Shown: positions 41,052-52,126, counted from the first letter of the stretch. The stretch is DNA of 64,000 nt from Desulfobacterales bacterium (GCA_046483495.1 JAWODC010000092.1:96001-160000); one strand, 5' to 3'. Numbers and translations: made by a program. Notes: generated from the sequence alone by a model not told the origin.

Positions 41052-42995
41052 CTACTCTCTTTTAAAGAAAACAGCGGCCAGCGGCGGCAGAACAAGGCTC
41101 AGGGAATAGGGATGACCGTGGTAGGGAACGGGCGTGGCGGAAACACCCCCCAGGCTGCCCTGTCCGCTTCCGCCGTATAGGCCGGCATCGCTGTTCAGCA
41201 GTTCTTTCCAGAAACCCGATTTCGGCGCCCCCACACGGTAATTATGCCGGGGTATGGGCGTGAAATTAAAAATGCCGATAATCGCTTCGCCGCCCGCTCC
41301 GGCTTTTCGAAGCAGACTGACGGTGCTTTGAATGTTGTCATTGCAGTCGATCCAGCTGAATCCCTCAGGGCTGAAATCCCTGTCGTGCATGGCCGGTTCG
41401 GTTATGTAGAACCGGTTCAAATCTTCCACCCACCGCTTCAGGCATGCATGCATGGGGTATTCCAATAGGTGCCAGTGGATACTGCCGTCATGGTGCCATT
41501 CATCCCACTGTCCGATTTCATCGCCCATGAACAGCAGTTTTTTTCCGGGCTGGGCGGCCATGTATCCATAAAGAAGCCTCAGGTTGGCAAATCTCCGCCA
41601 GTCGTCCCCGGGCATTTTGCCGATCAGGGAGGATTTTCCGTGGACCACCTCATCGTGGGAGAGGGGAAGCATGAAATTTTCACTGAACGCGTAAAGCATG
41701 CGGAAATTCAATTTGTTGTGATGGTAACTCCTGTGTATCGGATCCTTGGACATGTACTCCAGCGTGTCGTGCATCCATCCCATGTCCCATTTCATCGAAA
41801 AACCGAGCCCCCCCACATAGGCGGGACGCGAAACCATGGGCCATGAGGTGGACTCCTCGGCGATGGTCTGGACACCGGGATAATGTTGGTGAAGCACTTC
41901 GTTCAATTCGCGGAGAAAATCGATGGCGTCCAGGTTCTCCCGTCCGCCGTGAATGTTGGGGACCCATTCCCCCTCCTCGCGCGAATAGTCCAGGTACAGC
42001 ATCGATGCCACCGCATCCATTCTCAGGCCGTCCACGTGATACTTGTCAAGCCAGAACACGGCGCTGCTGATGAGAAAACTTCGAATTTCATTTCGGCCGT
42101 AGTTGAAAATGAAGCTCTTCCAGTCCGGATGGAAGCCCTGGCGGGGATCTTCGTGTTCAAAAAGATGCGTGCCGTCAAAATATCCGAGCCCGTGTTCATC
42201 CGATGGGAAGTGGGAAGGGACCCAGTCCAGTATTACCCCGATGCCGGCCTGGTGAAGTGTGTCCACCAAAAACATGAAATCCTGGGGTGTGCCGTAGCGG
42301 CTGGTCGGTGCGAAATACCCAAGGGTCTGATACCCCCAGGAGCCGTAAAACGGATGTTCCATTATCGGCAGAAATTCGACATGAGTAAAGTTCATCTGCT
42401 GAAGATACGCCGCCAGCTTCGGTGCCGCCTCCCGATAGGTCAGGAAGCGGTTGTTTTCTTCAGGCACCCGCATCCATGAGCCCAAATGAAGTTCATAAAC
42501 GGCGATGGGCGATCGGGATGCATCGAAACGGGTTCTCTGCGCCATCCATTCGCCGTCATGCCATTCATAGGAAAGGTCCCATGTGACTGAAGCCGTTTTA
42601 GGGGAAATTTCGTAGAAAAAGCCGTAGGGGTCTGTTTTATCCACCTGATAATTCCTTGCATGCGATACGATATGGTACTTGTACAGGGTCCCTTGTTCCA
42701 TACCGCTGATAAAGCATTCCCAAATGCCGGAATGCCCCCGCTGCTGCAGGGGATCGGCATCGTGGCGCCAGTTGTTGAAATCTCCGATTACCGAAACACT
42801 TCGAGCATTGGGCGCCCAAACGGCAAAATACATTCCCCGGCGGGCGCCGTCGGAAATCGGATGGGCACCGAGCTTTTCGTACAGCCGGAAATGGCTGCCC
42901 TCATTGAAGAGGTATAGATCGTCCTCCGAGAGCAACGAAAAATATTGCCCCTTTTCATCTTGTGCGGCTGCTTCCATCGGCGTTTCGTCTGACAT
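41052..42995 (-). CDS. glgB: 1,4-alpha-glucan branching enzyme
   Basis: LYEKLGAH, SWGYQ, DWVPSHF, RMDAVASMLYLDYSR, LSHDEVVHGK. Confidence 0.97.
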   Translation of the reverse strand: MSDETPMEAAAQDEKGQYFSLLSEDDLYLFNEGSHFRLYEKLGAHPISDGARRGMYFAVWAPNARSVSVIGDFNNWRHDADPLQQRGHSGIWECFISGMEQGTLYKYHIVSHARNYQVDKTDPYGFFYEISPKTASVTWDLSYEWHDGEWMAQRTRFDASRSPIAVYELHLGSWMRVPEENNRFLTYREAAPKLAAYLQQMNFTHVEFLPIMEHPFYGSWGYQTLGYFAPTSRYGTPQDFMFLVDTLHQAGIGVILDWVPSHFPSDEHGLGYFDGTHLFEHEDPRQGFHPDWKSFIFNYGRNEIRSFLISSAVFWLDKYHVDGLRMDAVASMLYLDYSREEGEWVPNIHGGRENLDAIDFLRELNEVLHQHYPGVQTIAEESTSWPMVSRPAYVGGLGFSMKWDMGWMHDTLEYMSKDPIHRSYHHNKLNFRMLYAFSENFMLPLSHDEVVHGKSSLIGKMPGDDWRRFANLRLLYGYMAAQPGKKLLFMGDEIGQWDEWHHDGSIHWHLLEYPMHACLKRWVEDLNRFYITEPAMHDRDFSPEGFSWIDCNDNIQSTVSLLRKAGAGGEAIIGIFNFTPIPRHNYRVGAPKSGFWKELLNSDAGLYGGSGQGSLGGVSATPVPYHGHPYSLSLVLPPLAAVFFKRE

Positions 42996-43075
42996 ATGCA
43001 CGTCCTTTATCTTTCTTCCCTTTTCGGGAAAATCAAGTGGTCAATCACCGCAAACACGGGCTTGACTCATGGCAT

Positions 43076-46000
43076 TTACTCCGTATGCTCCCGCATCAAT
43101 TCGAGGAGACCTTTTAACGGGATTCTCAACCACTCCGGTCGATTGTTTAATTCGTAGGCCAGTTCGTAGAGGGCTTTATCCAGCAGATAAATTTCAAGCA
43201 GAATTCTGAATTCGCCGATATTTTCAGGCAGAAATGCTTCCTCCCCGGCTTCGGACAAATAGGCCTGGAGAAACAGGATGCGAACCCATTGGTACCATCG
43301 CATTGCACAGGATTTCAAAAATGCTTCATTTTCGGCGCCATCCGTAATTCCCCGGCTTTTGATTGAAAAAAGCGCCGCATATGCCGCGTAGTGAAAGGAA
43401 CGAAGCATACCGGCCACATCCCGAAGGGCGCTTCGCTTGATTCTTCTTTCCGATACCGGCCGGGCCGGCTCGCCTTCGAAATCGATAATCTGGAAGTCCT
43501 TGCCGGTGTACAAGACCTGGCCCAGGTGGTAGTCGCCGTGGCAGCGGATGCGCATGGCCGTAAATTTTCGGGTCAGCAGGAGTTGATACCGTTTAAAGAT
43601 ATCCGCTTCGAGACGCACCACGGCATTTGCGTCTTCCTGAAGATCGGCAGGAAGTTTACCCATGGTTTTCTTTAAAAGCGGCAGCGTTTTTAATGCAAGG
43701 GAACGAACGGACTGGTAGAGGCTCCGTTGATAGAGTTTTGTAAACGGCTCCGGCGAGAAGACGGATCCCTTCGATGCCGATGCCAGCGTGATGTGCAGCT
43801 GCGCCGTTCGAATGCCGATCAAGCGGGCCGAGTCCATATACGATCCGATCAATTCCAGGGGTTCGGGAGGAAGTGATTCGGATATCAAACTCAATGAGGG
43901 CGACTCTGACGATATAAAGGTCAAAAAACGCTCTTTTTCGGCAAGCGCATTTTCGAACATGGCATTGAGCCGGCTCAGCGTATGGCGCCATGCATCTCCC
44001 TGATTTGCGACGTATTCATGAAGGGTCGACAAGGTCATGGGTTCTTCTTTTTCAGGGTAAAATGCAATGGCCCCCGCCAGGTGCGGCGTGTGGGGAAAAT
44101 TTTTGCGTGTTAAAAACTGCCCGATTTCGAAGTCCGGATTTATTCCGGGAGTAAGCCGCCGGATCAGTTTAAGAATCAGCTGATTTCCGAATATGACGGA
44201 TGTATTGCTTTGTTCCGAAGCGCTGACCATCGTGATCACCGTTTCGGGCAATTGCTTTTTCAAATGTGCAAATGCCGAAGTCTTCACCGCCGCGACGGCG
44301 CCTTTGCCGACTTTAATGCGTTTGCGCCGTTCGATCATCCGCAGCAACAGAACACATACCCGGGTTGCCGCCATACCGTCATGGAGAAGACAAACCGTCT
44401 TCTTGCTTTTGTGCTTCAGCCAGGCAATGGCCGCCCATCTGTTCTGCTGGAGAATTTCGTCGGATTCGGGGGCTTCCGAAAAGGTGACCGGCAGGACGTA
44501 AGTCTCGGAGTCGCCTTGCGTATAATCCACCTCTACGAACAAGACGGCAATCGGCGTTTCCGACCTCCCGACGGGAAAAACATCCCGGATGGTCGTCTGC
44601 TTTATGACACGCGCCTTTCCGCCGAACCATCGGGCTTTTTTGATGTATTGTGAAAGCACTTCTTCCAGCATGGCCTTTTGTGGACCGGAGAAAATGCTGT
44701 TGAGTTTTCCACTGATCGTCAACTCCGGTATTGCTGAAGCCGGGGGCTCGGCGGCAGCCGCTTCGGCCGGTTGTCGGGTTAAATAAAACCAAAAAAAACT
44801 ATGAGGCCCCAACGACAGAAAATAGGGGGCGGGGCCTATGAATGGAAAAGCGGTACGGCCGAAAAGTTCCACCGGCACAGCTCCTTGATACGCGGACAGA
44901 TCGAGTTCCACATATTGCACGAAGCGTGACAGGTTGACTACCACCAGAATGTTTTCTTCTTCATAGCTTCTGATAAAGGCCAGAATATGATTATTTTCCG
45001 GGCGCAAGAACGTAATGGTTCCCCTGCTGAATGCCTTGAATCGCTTCCGCAGCGTGATAATTCGCTTCATCCACCATAGAACGGAGTGGGGGTTTTGCTG
45101 TTGAACTTCTACATTGATGACTTCGAAATGGTATTCCGGTGAAATATTGACCGGCAGATACAGGGCTTGGGGGTTTGCACGGGAAAAGCCGGCATTCCGG
45201 TCACCGGACCACTGCATGGGGGTGCGGACTCCGCCCCTGTCGCCGAGGTGGATATTGTCTCCCATGGCGATTTCATCCCCGTAGTAAATAATGGGTGTTC
45301 CGGGCATCGAAAACAGCAGCGCATTCATTAATTCGATGCGGCGGCGATGATTGCCCAGAAGTGGGGCAAGGCGCCTGCGGATTCCCAGGTTCAGCCGCAT
45401 TTTCCGATCATGCGCATACACCCGGTACATGTAATCGCGCTCTTCGTCGGTAACCATTTCAAGGGTCAATTCATCGTGATTGCGAAGAAAAATCGCCCAC
45501 TGGCAGGAACTGCAGATTGCCGGAGTTTGTTCCAGAATGTCCAGAATGGGAAAACTGTCTTCCATCTGCAGCGCCATGTAAAGCCGGGGCATAAGGGGAA
45601 AATGAAAGGCCATTTGAAATTCATCGCCCTCGCCGAAATAGGCGGCGGCATCTTCCGGCCACTGGTTGGCTTCCGCCAACAGCATGCGGTTTTTGTATTT
45701 TTCATCGACATGCGCCCTGATTTCTTTTACAAATGCATGGGTTTCCGGCAGGTTTTCGCAGTTGGTCCCTTCACGTTCATATAGATAGGGAACAGCGTCC
45801 ATTCGAAAACCATCCACGCCCTGGTTCAGCCAAAATTCCAGCGCGTTCAAGATGGCTTTGCGGACTTGCGGGTGATCATAGTTGAGATCGGGCTGATGGG
45901 AGTAAAAGCGATGCCAGAAGTAGGCCTTTGCAACCGGGTCCCATGTCCAATTCGATGATTCAAAATCCTGGAAAATGATTCGGGTTTCCGTATAGCGATC

Positions 46001-46432
46001 CGGTGTCTCGCTCCAGACGTACCATTTCCGGTATTTGCTGTGGGGGGGGCTTTGCCGGGCCCTTTGAAACCAAGGGTGCTGATCGGAGGTGTGGTTCACC
46101 ACCAGTTCTGTGATCACCCGAATGCCCCGTTGGTGGGCGCTTCGAAGAAACAACCTGAAATCGGAAAGCGAACCGTAATCCGGGTGGATATCCTTGTAGT
46201 CGGAAATGTCGTACCCGTCGTCTTTTTGGGGGGAGGGATAAAACGGCAGCAGCCAAATGGCCGTTATGCCGAGGTCCTGAAGATAATCGAGCTTTTGAGA
46301 AAGCCCTTTGAAATCACCGATTCCGTCGGCATCGCCGTCGAAATAGCTTTTGACGTGAAGTTGGTAAATAACGGCATCCTTGTACCAGTATGGATCATTG
46401 CTCAATAGCGATTCGCTTTTAGCTGTCTGCAT
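43076..46432 (-). CDS. treS: Trehalose synthase / maltokinase fusion (TreS-Mak)
   Basis: WYKDAVIY, FLRNHDELTLE; C-terminal EQSNTS, HGDYHLGQV, IDFEGEP, YELNNRP. Confidence 0.96.
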   Translation of the reverse strand: MQTAKSESLLSNDPYWYKDAVIYQLHVKSYFDGDADGIGDFKGLSQKLDYLQDLGITAIWLLPFYPSPQKDDGYDISDYKDIHPDYGSLSDFRLFLRSAHQRGIRVITELVVNHTSDQHPWFQRARQSPPHSKYRKWYVWSETPDRYTETRIIFQDFESSNWTWDPVAKAYFWHRFYSHQPDLNYDHPQVRKAILNALEFWLNQGVDGFRMDAVPYLYEREGTNCENLPETHAFVKEIRAHVDEKYKNRMLLAEANQWPEDAAAYFGEGDEFQMAFHFPLMPRLYMALQMEDSFPILDILEQTPAICSSCQWAIFLRNHDELTLEMVTDEERDYMYRVYAHDRKMRLNLGIRRRLAPLLGNHRRRIELMNALLFSMPGTPIIYYGDEIAMGDNIHLGDRGGVRTPMQWSGDRNAGFSRANPQALYLPVNISPEYHFEVINVEVQQQNPHSVLWWMKRIITLRKRFKAFSRGTITFLRPENNHILAFIRSYEEENILVVVNLSRFVQYVELDLSAYQGAVPVELFGRTAFPFIGPAPYFLSLGPHSFFWFYLTRQPAEAAAAEPPASAIPELTISGKLNSIFSGPQKAMLEEVLSQYIKKARWFGGKARVIKQTTIRDVFPVGRSETPIAVLFVEVDYTQGDSETYVLPVTFSEAPESDEILQQNRWAAIAWLKHKSKKTVCLLHDGMAATRVCVLLLRMIERRKRIKVGKGAVAAVKTSAFAHLKKQLPETVITMVSASEQSNTSVIFGNQLILKLIRRLTPGINPDFEIGQFLTRKNFPHTPHLAGAIAFYPEKEEPMTLSTLHEYVANQGDAWRHTLSRLNAMFENALAEKERFLTFISSESPSLSLISESLPPEPLELIGSYMDSARLIGIRTAQLHITLASASKGSVFSPEPFTKLYQRSLYQSVRSLALKTLPLLKKTMGKLPADLQEDANAVVRLEADIFKRYQLLLTRKFTAMRIRCHGDYHLGQVLYTGKDFQIIDFEGEPARPVSERRIKRSALRDVAGMLRSFHYAAYAALFSIKSRGITDGAENEAFLKSCAMRWYQWVRILFLQAYLSEAGEEAFLPENIGEFRILLEIYLLDKALYELAYELNNRPEWLRIPLKGLLELMREHTE

Positions 46433-46446
46433 ACTCCGATTTCCGT

Positions 46447-48447
46447 TTAGAGGTAGTAATCAAAATCTTTCTCCGTTCTGACTTTTCGTCGAATCGCAAA
46501 AATATGAGCCGGTATAATCCGGGGATCGAGTTCCACATAATTGCGGTCACCGTACCAGAGGAAGCGTGCGTCACTCAAAAGATCGTGCATTTGAAAGGAT
46601 TTTGCCGGATCCAGATGCATTGCGGAAAGCGGGAGATCCACCCAACCGGCATGCGTGTGGTGGGGGTCTAAATTAACCACGACAAGGATGGTATTGGACC
46701 GGTCGTCGGAACGTTTGCTATAGCAGATCATTTGTTCATTATCCACCGGAAGAAAGGCCAGACTTCGGTTGTTGTGCAGGGCAGGGTTTTCCTTCCGGAT
46801 GTGGTTTACCCGGGCGATGAGCTCCTTTAAGCTCATCGGAGAGGAAATATCCCACGTTTTGGTTTCGTATTTTTCCGAATCGAGGTACTCCTCGCTGCCC
46901 GGCTCCTTGGGTTCATTCATGCACAACTCGAAAGCGGGTCCGTAAATGCCGTAGCTTGCACCCAGTGTGGCGGCCAATACCAGACGGACGATAAAGGCCG
47001 CTCTTCCCCCCGTCTGCAGGTATTCGGTCAGAATGTCCGGCGTGTTCGGCCAGAGATTGGGTCTGAAATAGTCACGAACCTCTGTCCGGGTCAATTCCGT
47101 GAAATACTTTTGGATATCATAAGCGGTGTTTCGCCATGTAAAGTAGGTGTAGGATTGGCTGAATCCAGCCTTCGCCAACCGGTACATGACCTTGGGCCGG
47201 GTGAATGCTTCGGACAAAAAGATCGTTTCCGGATACCTGGACCTGACGTTTCCGATCAGCCATTCCCAAAACGCGAAAGGTTTGGTATGCGGGTTATCCA
47301 CACGGAAAATCCGTATCCCCTGCTCTATCCAATAGAACGTAACCCGCATCAGTTCCCGGGCCAGTTCCCGCCATCGGTCCGATTCGAAATCCAATGGATA
47401 AATATCCTCATATTTTTTTGGGGGATTTTCCGCGTATTGAATGGAGCCGTCCGGCCGATGACGAAACCACTCGGGATGTTCACTTACGTAAGGATGATCC
47501 GGGGAGCATTGGAATGCCAGGTCCATGGCGATTTCGATCCCGTATTCTTCAGCCTTTTTGACCAAATTTCTAAAATCCGCCAATGTCCCCAACAAGGGGT
47601 GTATTTCCGTGTGGCCGCCCTCACGGACTCCGATGGCCCAGGGGCTCCCCGGGTCTTCCGGGCCGGCAACAGGAGTGTTGTTTTTCCCTTTCCGATGGGT
47701 TCGGCCGATGGGATGGATCGGAGGCAGGTATAAAATGTCGAATCCCATATCCGCAATATAGGGGAGCCGTTTTTCGCAATCGTCAAAGGTCCCGTGTCGC
47801 CGTTCTTCCCCGGCACAGGAACGCGGAAACATTTCATACCAACTGCCGTACAACGCCCGTTTGCGCTCGGCCAGGACCAACAGTTCTTTTTCATAAAAGG
47901 AGGCTTTTTTTCTGTCGGTGTGTTTTTGCATCAGGTGCAGCAGGCCTTTACCGAGCGCAAGTGCAATTCGTCCTTTTTGGGGCTTGTCTGAGCGGATATC
48001 GCTTGCCCGGCTTCGCAGCCAATCGCCGTCGGATTTGGGTGCCGGATCCGCCGTTTTTTCGATCAGTGCGGCACCTGTGAGAAGATCGATTTCCACATCC
48101 TGGCCGGCGGCTGTTTTTTTGGCCAGATCCCGGCGCCAGGTTTTGAATTCGTCAATCCATGCGCACAGGGTGTAGACGTAACCCCCGATCTCCTCGATCG
48201 AAAAAGCGGCATACCAGCGGTCGTTCAGGAGAAGCCGCAAGGGGGTTTCTTCCCATTGAACACCGTCTTTCGGGCGATGCATTAAAACGCCGGAAATCAA
48301 GTCATGGCCGTCGGTAAAAATATCGGCCGACACCGCCAGTTTTTCACCGAGGGTTCGCTTAACGGGAAACCGGCCGCCGTCGATTTCGGGTGACACCCTT
48401 TCAATGATGACGCGGGGCAAGAAGGTCTCGGTTTGGATGTCAATCAT
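46447..48447 (-). CDS. glgE: Alpha-1,4-glucan:maltose-1-phosphate maltosyltransferase
   Basis: WYEMFPRS, LPPIHPIG, AENPPKKYEDIYP, FRVDNPHTKP, NTPDIL. Confidence 0.97.
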   Translation of the reverse strand: MIDIQTETFLPRVIIERVSPEIDGGRFPVKRTLGEKLAVSADIFTDGHDLISGVLMHRPKDGVQWEETPLRLLLNDRWYAAFSIEEIGGYVYTLCAWIDEFKTWRRDLAKKTAAGQDVEIDLLTGAALIEKTADPAPKSDGDWLRSRASDIRSDKPQKGRIALALGKGLLHLMQKHTDRKKASFYEKELLVLAERKRALYGSWYEMFPRSCAGEERRHGTFDDCEKRLPYIADMGFDILYLPPIHPIGRTHRKGKNNTPVAGPEDPGSPWAIGVREGGHTEIHPLLGTLADFRNLVKKAEEYGIEIAMDLAFQCSPDHPYVSEHPEWFRHRPDGSIQYAENPPKKYEDIYPLDFESDRWRELARELMRVTFYWIEQGIRIFRVDNPHTKPFAFWEWLIGNVRSRYPETIFLSEAFTRPKVMYRLAKAGFSQSYTYFTWRNTAYDIQKYFTELTRTEVRDYFRPNLWPNTPDILTEYLQTGGRAAFIVRLVLAATLGASYGIYGPAFELCMNEPKEPGSEEYLDSEKYETKTWDISSPMSLKELIARVNHIRKENPALHNNRSLAFLPVDNEQMICYSKRSDDRSNTILVVVNLDPHHTHAGWVDLPLSAMHLDPAKSFQMHDLLSDARFLWYGDRNYVELDPRIIPAHIFAIRRKVRTEKDFDYYL

Positions 48448-48511
48448 AAATCCGCCCTATTGGATGTGTCGGCGTTGGCATTGTATTGTGTGCGATGGAC
48501 AACCTCCCGTT

Positions 48512-50056
48512 TCAGACGTAGGGTGAAGCCGGGTAGTTTTGGATGGGCGGCCGGGGTGCGGCCGGAGCCTTCGTTGCCGGTTTATATTCGACCAGAGGGA
48601 AATCCTTTACTTCGTGTATGAATACGGAATTCAGAAAAGCTTCCACCCAATAGTAAATGTCCTGTCTGCGAATGGCTTTTCTCATCATTTTCATGCGGTA
48701 TTGGCGCTGGGCCGGCTCCATTTGCGTGGCGGTAAAAAGGGTTTGGGCCACCGATTCGACATGGTAGGGATTGACCAGCAGCGCGCCCCGTTGAAGCTGG
48801 GCGCTGGCGCCTGCGAATTCGCTCAAGATAAGCACCCCGTTTTCTTCCACGTTTGAGGCGCAGTATTCTTTTGCCACAAGGTTCATACCGTCCTTCAACG
48901 GTGTGATGAATGCGACATCCGAAGCGCGGTAAAATGCCAACAGCTCTTGCCGGTCAATGGAGCGGAACATGTAATGGATCGGCGTCCACCCGGGGCGTCC
49001 GTATCGCCCGTTTATTTCACTGATCTTGCGTTCGAGCTGTTCTTTCAGCTCCAGGTACTTGGGAATCGTAACCCGGCTGGGAACGACGAGCTGAAGCAGT
49101 GACATGTTGCCCCGAAGTTGCGGGTACCTGTCGAGGGCCATTTCAAAAGCCGCCAGTCTTTCCGGAATTCCCTTGGTGTAATCCAGACGATCGATTCCCA
49201 GAACGATGTGTTCGACATCGAGTTCTTCTTGAACTTCCCTGACCCTGTCTTCCACTTCCCGCTTTTCCGCGTTTCTGGCAAATTCATCGAAATCGATGCT
49301 GATGGGGAAATTGCCGATGCGGATTTCCCGATCGTTCACCTGGGCGGTGATCACCTTGCCCCGCTCCCGGATGACGACATCCCGAAAAAGGGCGCGGATG
49401 CACCGAATAAAATTCCTCCGGTCCCGCATGGTCTGAAATCCGACCAAATCGTAGGACAGCAGGCCTTCCATGACTTCGTACCGCCAGGGCAGTTTGAAAA
49501 AGAGATCCGGAGAAGGGAAGGGGATGTGAAGGAAAAATCCGATTTTGGAGGTCACTCCCATCTCCCGAAGGTTTTTGCCGGCCATCATCAAATGATAGTC
49601 ATGGATCCAGATATGGTCGCCGTTGATGATGCTTTCATGCGTGCTTTGTGCAAATTTACGGTTTACCGCCTGATAAGCCTTCCAGTAGGAGGGGTCGAAA
49701 TTGCAGCGGGTCTGAAGATCATGAAACAGGGGCCATATAATTTCATTGGCGAATCCATAATAAAAACTGTCCACTTCCTCGGGCGTGAGCATCACCGGTT
49801 CGAAGCTGTACCCGGTGCCGTCCGTCGTTTCATTGAGCAGTTTTTTAATGAGGTGTTTTTTGCCTTTGGTCGTTCCCGGCCATCCGATCCATAATCCTCC
49901 CCGGTTCCGAAGAACCGGCACCATGGCTGTCACCAATCCGCCGGAGCCGTCTTTTACCTCAAATCTTCCCGAGTCATCCTGCGATATTGTCGAAGGCAGC
50001 CTGTTCGATATGATGATGAGACGATTTTTTGCCGTTTTTTCAGTGATTAGACTCAT
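48512..50056 (-). CDS. otsA: Trehalose-6-phosphate synthase (GT20)
   Basis: [41 protein letters not shown]. Confidence 0.95.
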   Translation of the reverse strand: MSLITEKTAKNRLIIISNRLPSTISQDDSGRFEVKDGSGGLVTAMVPVLRNRGGLWIGWPGTTKGKKHLIKKLLNETTDGTGYSFEPVMLTPEEVDSFYYGFANEIIWPLFHDLQTRCNFDPSYWKAYQAVNRKFAQSTHESIINGDHIWIHDYHLMMAGKNLREMGVTSKIGFFLHIPFPSPDLFFKLPWRYEVMEGLLSYDLVGFQTMRDRRNFIRCIRALFRDVVIRERGKVITAQVNDREIRIGNFPISIDFDEFARNAEKREVEDRVREVQEELDVEHIVLGIDRLDYTKGIPERLAAFEMALDRYPQLRGNMSLLQLVVPSRVTIPKYLELKEQLERKISEINGRYGRPGWTPIHYMFRSIDRQELLAFYRASDVAFITPLKDGMNLVAKEYCASNVEENGVLILSEFAGASAQLQRGALLVNPYHVESVAQTLFTATQMEPAQRQYRMKMMRKAIRRQDIYYWVEAFLNSVFIHEVKDFPLVEYKPATKAPAAPRPPIQNYPASPYV

Positions 50057-50383
50057 TTGTTCCTTTCCAATTCAAAAATAAACGCATTCATCCCGGGCGC
50101 GATATCAACCGGGAAAAACGATTCGGGTCTTCCGGAACAATGCCTCGGCTCAGTGGCGGTCATCATAATCTCGATCAAGCCGTTTCCGGGTAGACCTTGT
50201 CAAACCTGTCGGCGTGAAAAAAGGGCCCGACCTTTGAAAACATCCATTCCGGGTGCGTCTGTTGCTTAGGTTGTAACCTCGTGAAGACGGGAGCCCCACC
50301 GAAAAAAATAAATTTTCAAATCCCTGCCGCTTTTTTCAACGCGATTTTGAAGGCAACTATAGCAAACAGGTATTTATCCGGTA

Positions 50384-50401
50384 ATGGGGTCAATTATGTA
50401 T
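50384..50401 (-). promoter_or_regulatory. 18-bp dyad box for the otsA-glgE-treS-glgB-treZ-GH57-malQ operon
   Basis: ATGGGGTCAATTATGTAT; extended -10 TG-C-TATAGT on the minus strand at 50361, 22 nt away. Confidence 0.6.
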
Positions 50402-50428
50402 TTTTTGCCGGTGAAATCCCCCTGAGTC

Positions 50429-50498
50429 GGGATCGCTGGGATCGTTGGGTACGATCAAAACAATCAAAACGATCAAAACGCTCTAAACGATCAAAACG
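50429..50498. repeat. 9-bp-period tandem repeats
   Basis: GGGATCGCT GGGATCGTT, then ACGATCAAA ACAATCAAA ACGATCAAA ACGCTCTAA ACGATCAAA ACG. Confidence 0.8.
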
Positions 50499-50501
50499 CG
50501 T

Positions 50502-51218
50502 TCAGGTGTGAGTTGTCAGATGGAGGATGGCGCCCAGGAGTATACCTGCAAAAAAGGTTGTGATTTTTCCGGTCGTTTGTTGCCTGATGACCATCGGGAG
50601 CAGGTGGACGGCTCCAAGGTAAATAAGAAATCCTGCGGAAACGGCCAGAAGCCGGCCTAATACCGCCGAGGACAGGCGGGAAATGAATGGAAATGAAAAT
50701 AAAGCCCCCGCGGGGGTGGTCAGGGCCGTGGCCAAAAAGGCGAATACAATCGATTTTTTGCGGCTATACCCTCCTTCCTCAAGCAGGGTGAAGATAATCA
50801 CGCCCTCGGGAAATTCATGCAAGACCATACCGAGAGCGGTCAACGTGCCCGTAAGCATATCTATGGTAAATGTGATCGAATAAATGGTTCCGTCGATCAG
50901 TGAATGAAAGCCCATGGCGGTGATGACCAGTATTCCGATGGGCTGCTGACGTTTCTCTCCTTTGTCGGCGATCAGTTCGAGCACGAAAAGACCGATAAAT
51001 CCCCCCAGAAAAAACGCCCCGGCTGAATGGTCCATGGTCAAGGCCTTTGGGACGAGGTGAAGAAAGGAAATGCCGATCAGCACACCCGCCGCAAATGCGA
51101 TGAAATAGGGAGACCATAAACGGGATTTCACTTCGAACCGGCTGATGGTCAGAATCCCTGCGGTGGTGGCGGCGCACGCTGCTATACCGGCAATAAGTAT
51201 GGCGGAAAAAAGGCTCAT
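50502..51218 (-). CDS. ZIP family metal transporter
   Basis: FAAGVLI..SF.HL.P, FHSLIDG, VLHEFPEG; TGATG overlap with the CDF gene. Confidence 0.92.
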   Translation of the reverse strand: MSLFSAILIAGIAACAATTAGILTISRFEVKSRLWSPYFIAFAAGVLIGISFLHLVPKALTMDHSAGAFFLGGFIGLFVLELIADKGEKRQQPIGILVITAMGFHSLIDGTIYSITFTIDMLTGTLTALGMVLHEFPEGVIIFTLLEEGGYSRKKSIVFAFLATALTTPAGALFSFPFISRLSSAVLGRLLAVSAGFLIYLGAVHLLPMVIRQQTTGKITTFFAGILLGAILHLTTHT

Positions 51219-52126
51219 CAGGGGTTTTTTTCCGGTTCGAATTGACACCCCGTTGCCGGGCACATGGTTTCGCAGTTTTCGATTTCAATGGTCGTATGGC
51301 TGATGCCGAAGCGCTCCCGGATAAGTGTTTTTGCACGCTCGAGGCAGAACGCCCAATGATTTCGTCGGCAGCATTCATCGGAAAGGCCGATATGGACGGT
51401 CAAAACCGGCATCCCCGACGTGATGGTCCAGATATGCAGGTCGTGAACATGTTCGACATGGTCAATGGACAACAGGGAGTCCCTCACTTCATTGTAATCG
51501 ATATCCTCCGGTGTCGACTCGAGGAGAATGGCGATAGAGCGCTTGATGAAATTCCATGTATTCCATAATATGATTACACCCACACAGACGGAGGCCACCA
51601 GGTCGGCGATATACCAGCCGGTAAACCAGATGATGATTCCGGCGGCAATAACCCCCACGGAACCGAAAGAATCCGCCAGCATGTGCAAGAAGGCCCCCTG
51701 AATATTGATGTTTTCCTTCCGGCTTTTCCACAGAACCATAGTGCTGCCCAGGTTGGCGGCCAAGCCGAGCAGTGCGATGATCAGCATCATGGGCCCGTCG
51801 ATCGGCTGTTCGGTTCCCAGCCGTTCCCATGCTTCCTTGAAAATAAAAATCGTTATAACCAGGAGTCCGGCGCCGTTTACAAATGCACCCAGTACTTCGG
51901 CGCGGAGCAGGCCGTACGTCCGTTGTTCGGAGGGTGACTTGACGGCCAGTCGGCCGACCACCAGGGCAAGGCCCAAGGCGGCCACATCACCGGTCATATG
52001 CCCGGCATCCGCCAGAAGCGCCAATGAATTGGCCAGGATGCCGCCGATGAGTTCAACGACCAGAAATGTCAGATTGATGACCAGCGCCCATATGAGTCGA
52101 TTCTGAGATGTTTTTCGATCGAGCAT
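51218..52126 (-). CDS. Cation diffusion facilitator (CzcD/ZitB-like)
   Basis: SLALLADAGHM..D, TYGLLRAE, AFLHMLAD, HDLHIWTI. Confidence 0.95.
   Translation of the reverse strand: MLDRKTSQNRLIWALVINLTFLVVELIGGILANSLALLADAGHMTGDVAALGLALVVGRLAVKSPSEQRTYGLLRAEVLGAFVNGAGLLVITIFIFKEAWERLGTEQPIDGPMMLIIALLGLAANLGSTMVLWKSRKENINIQGAFLHMLADSFGSVGVIAAGIIIWFTGWYIADLVASVCVGVIILWNTWNFIKRSIAILLESTPEDIDYNEVRDSLLSIDHVEHVHDLHIWTITSGMPVLTVHIGLSDECCRRNHWAFCLERAKTLIRERFGISHTTIEIENCETMCPATGCQFEPEKNP

Noticed and set aside
50429..50498. Possible CRISPR array
   Set aside because: 9-bp units with no spacers; no cas genes
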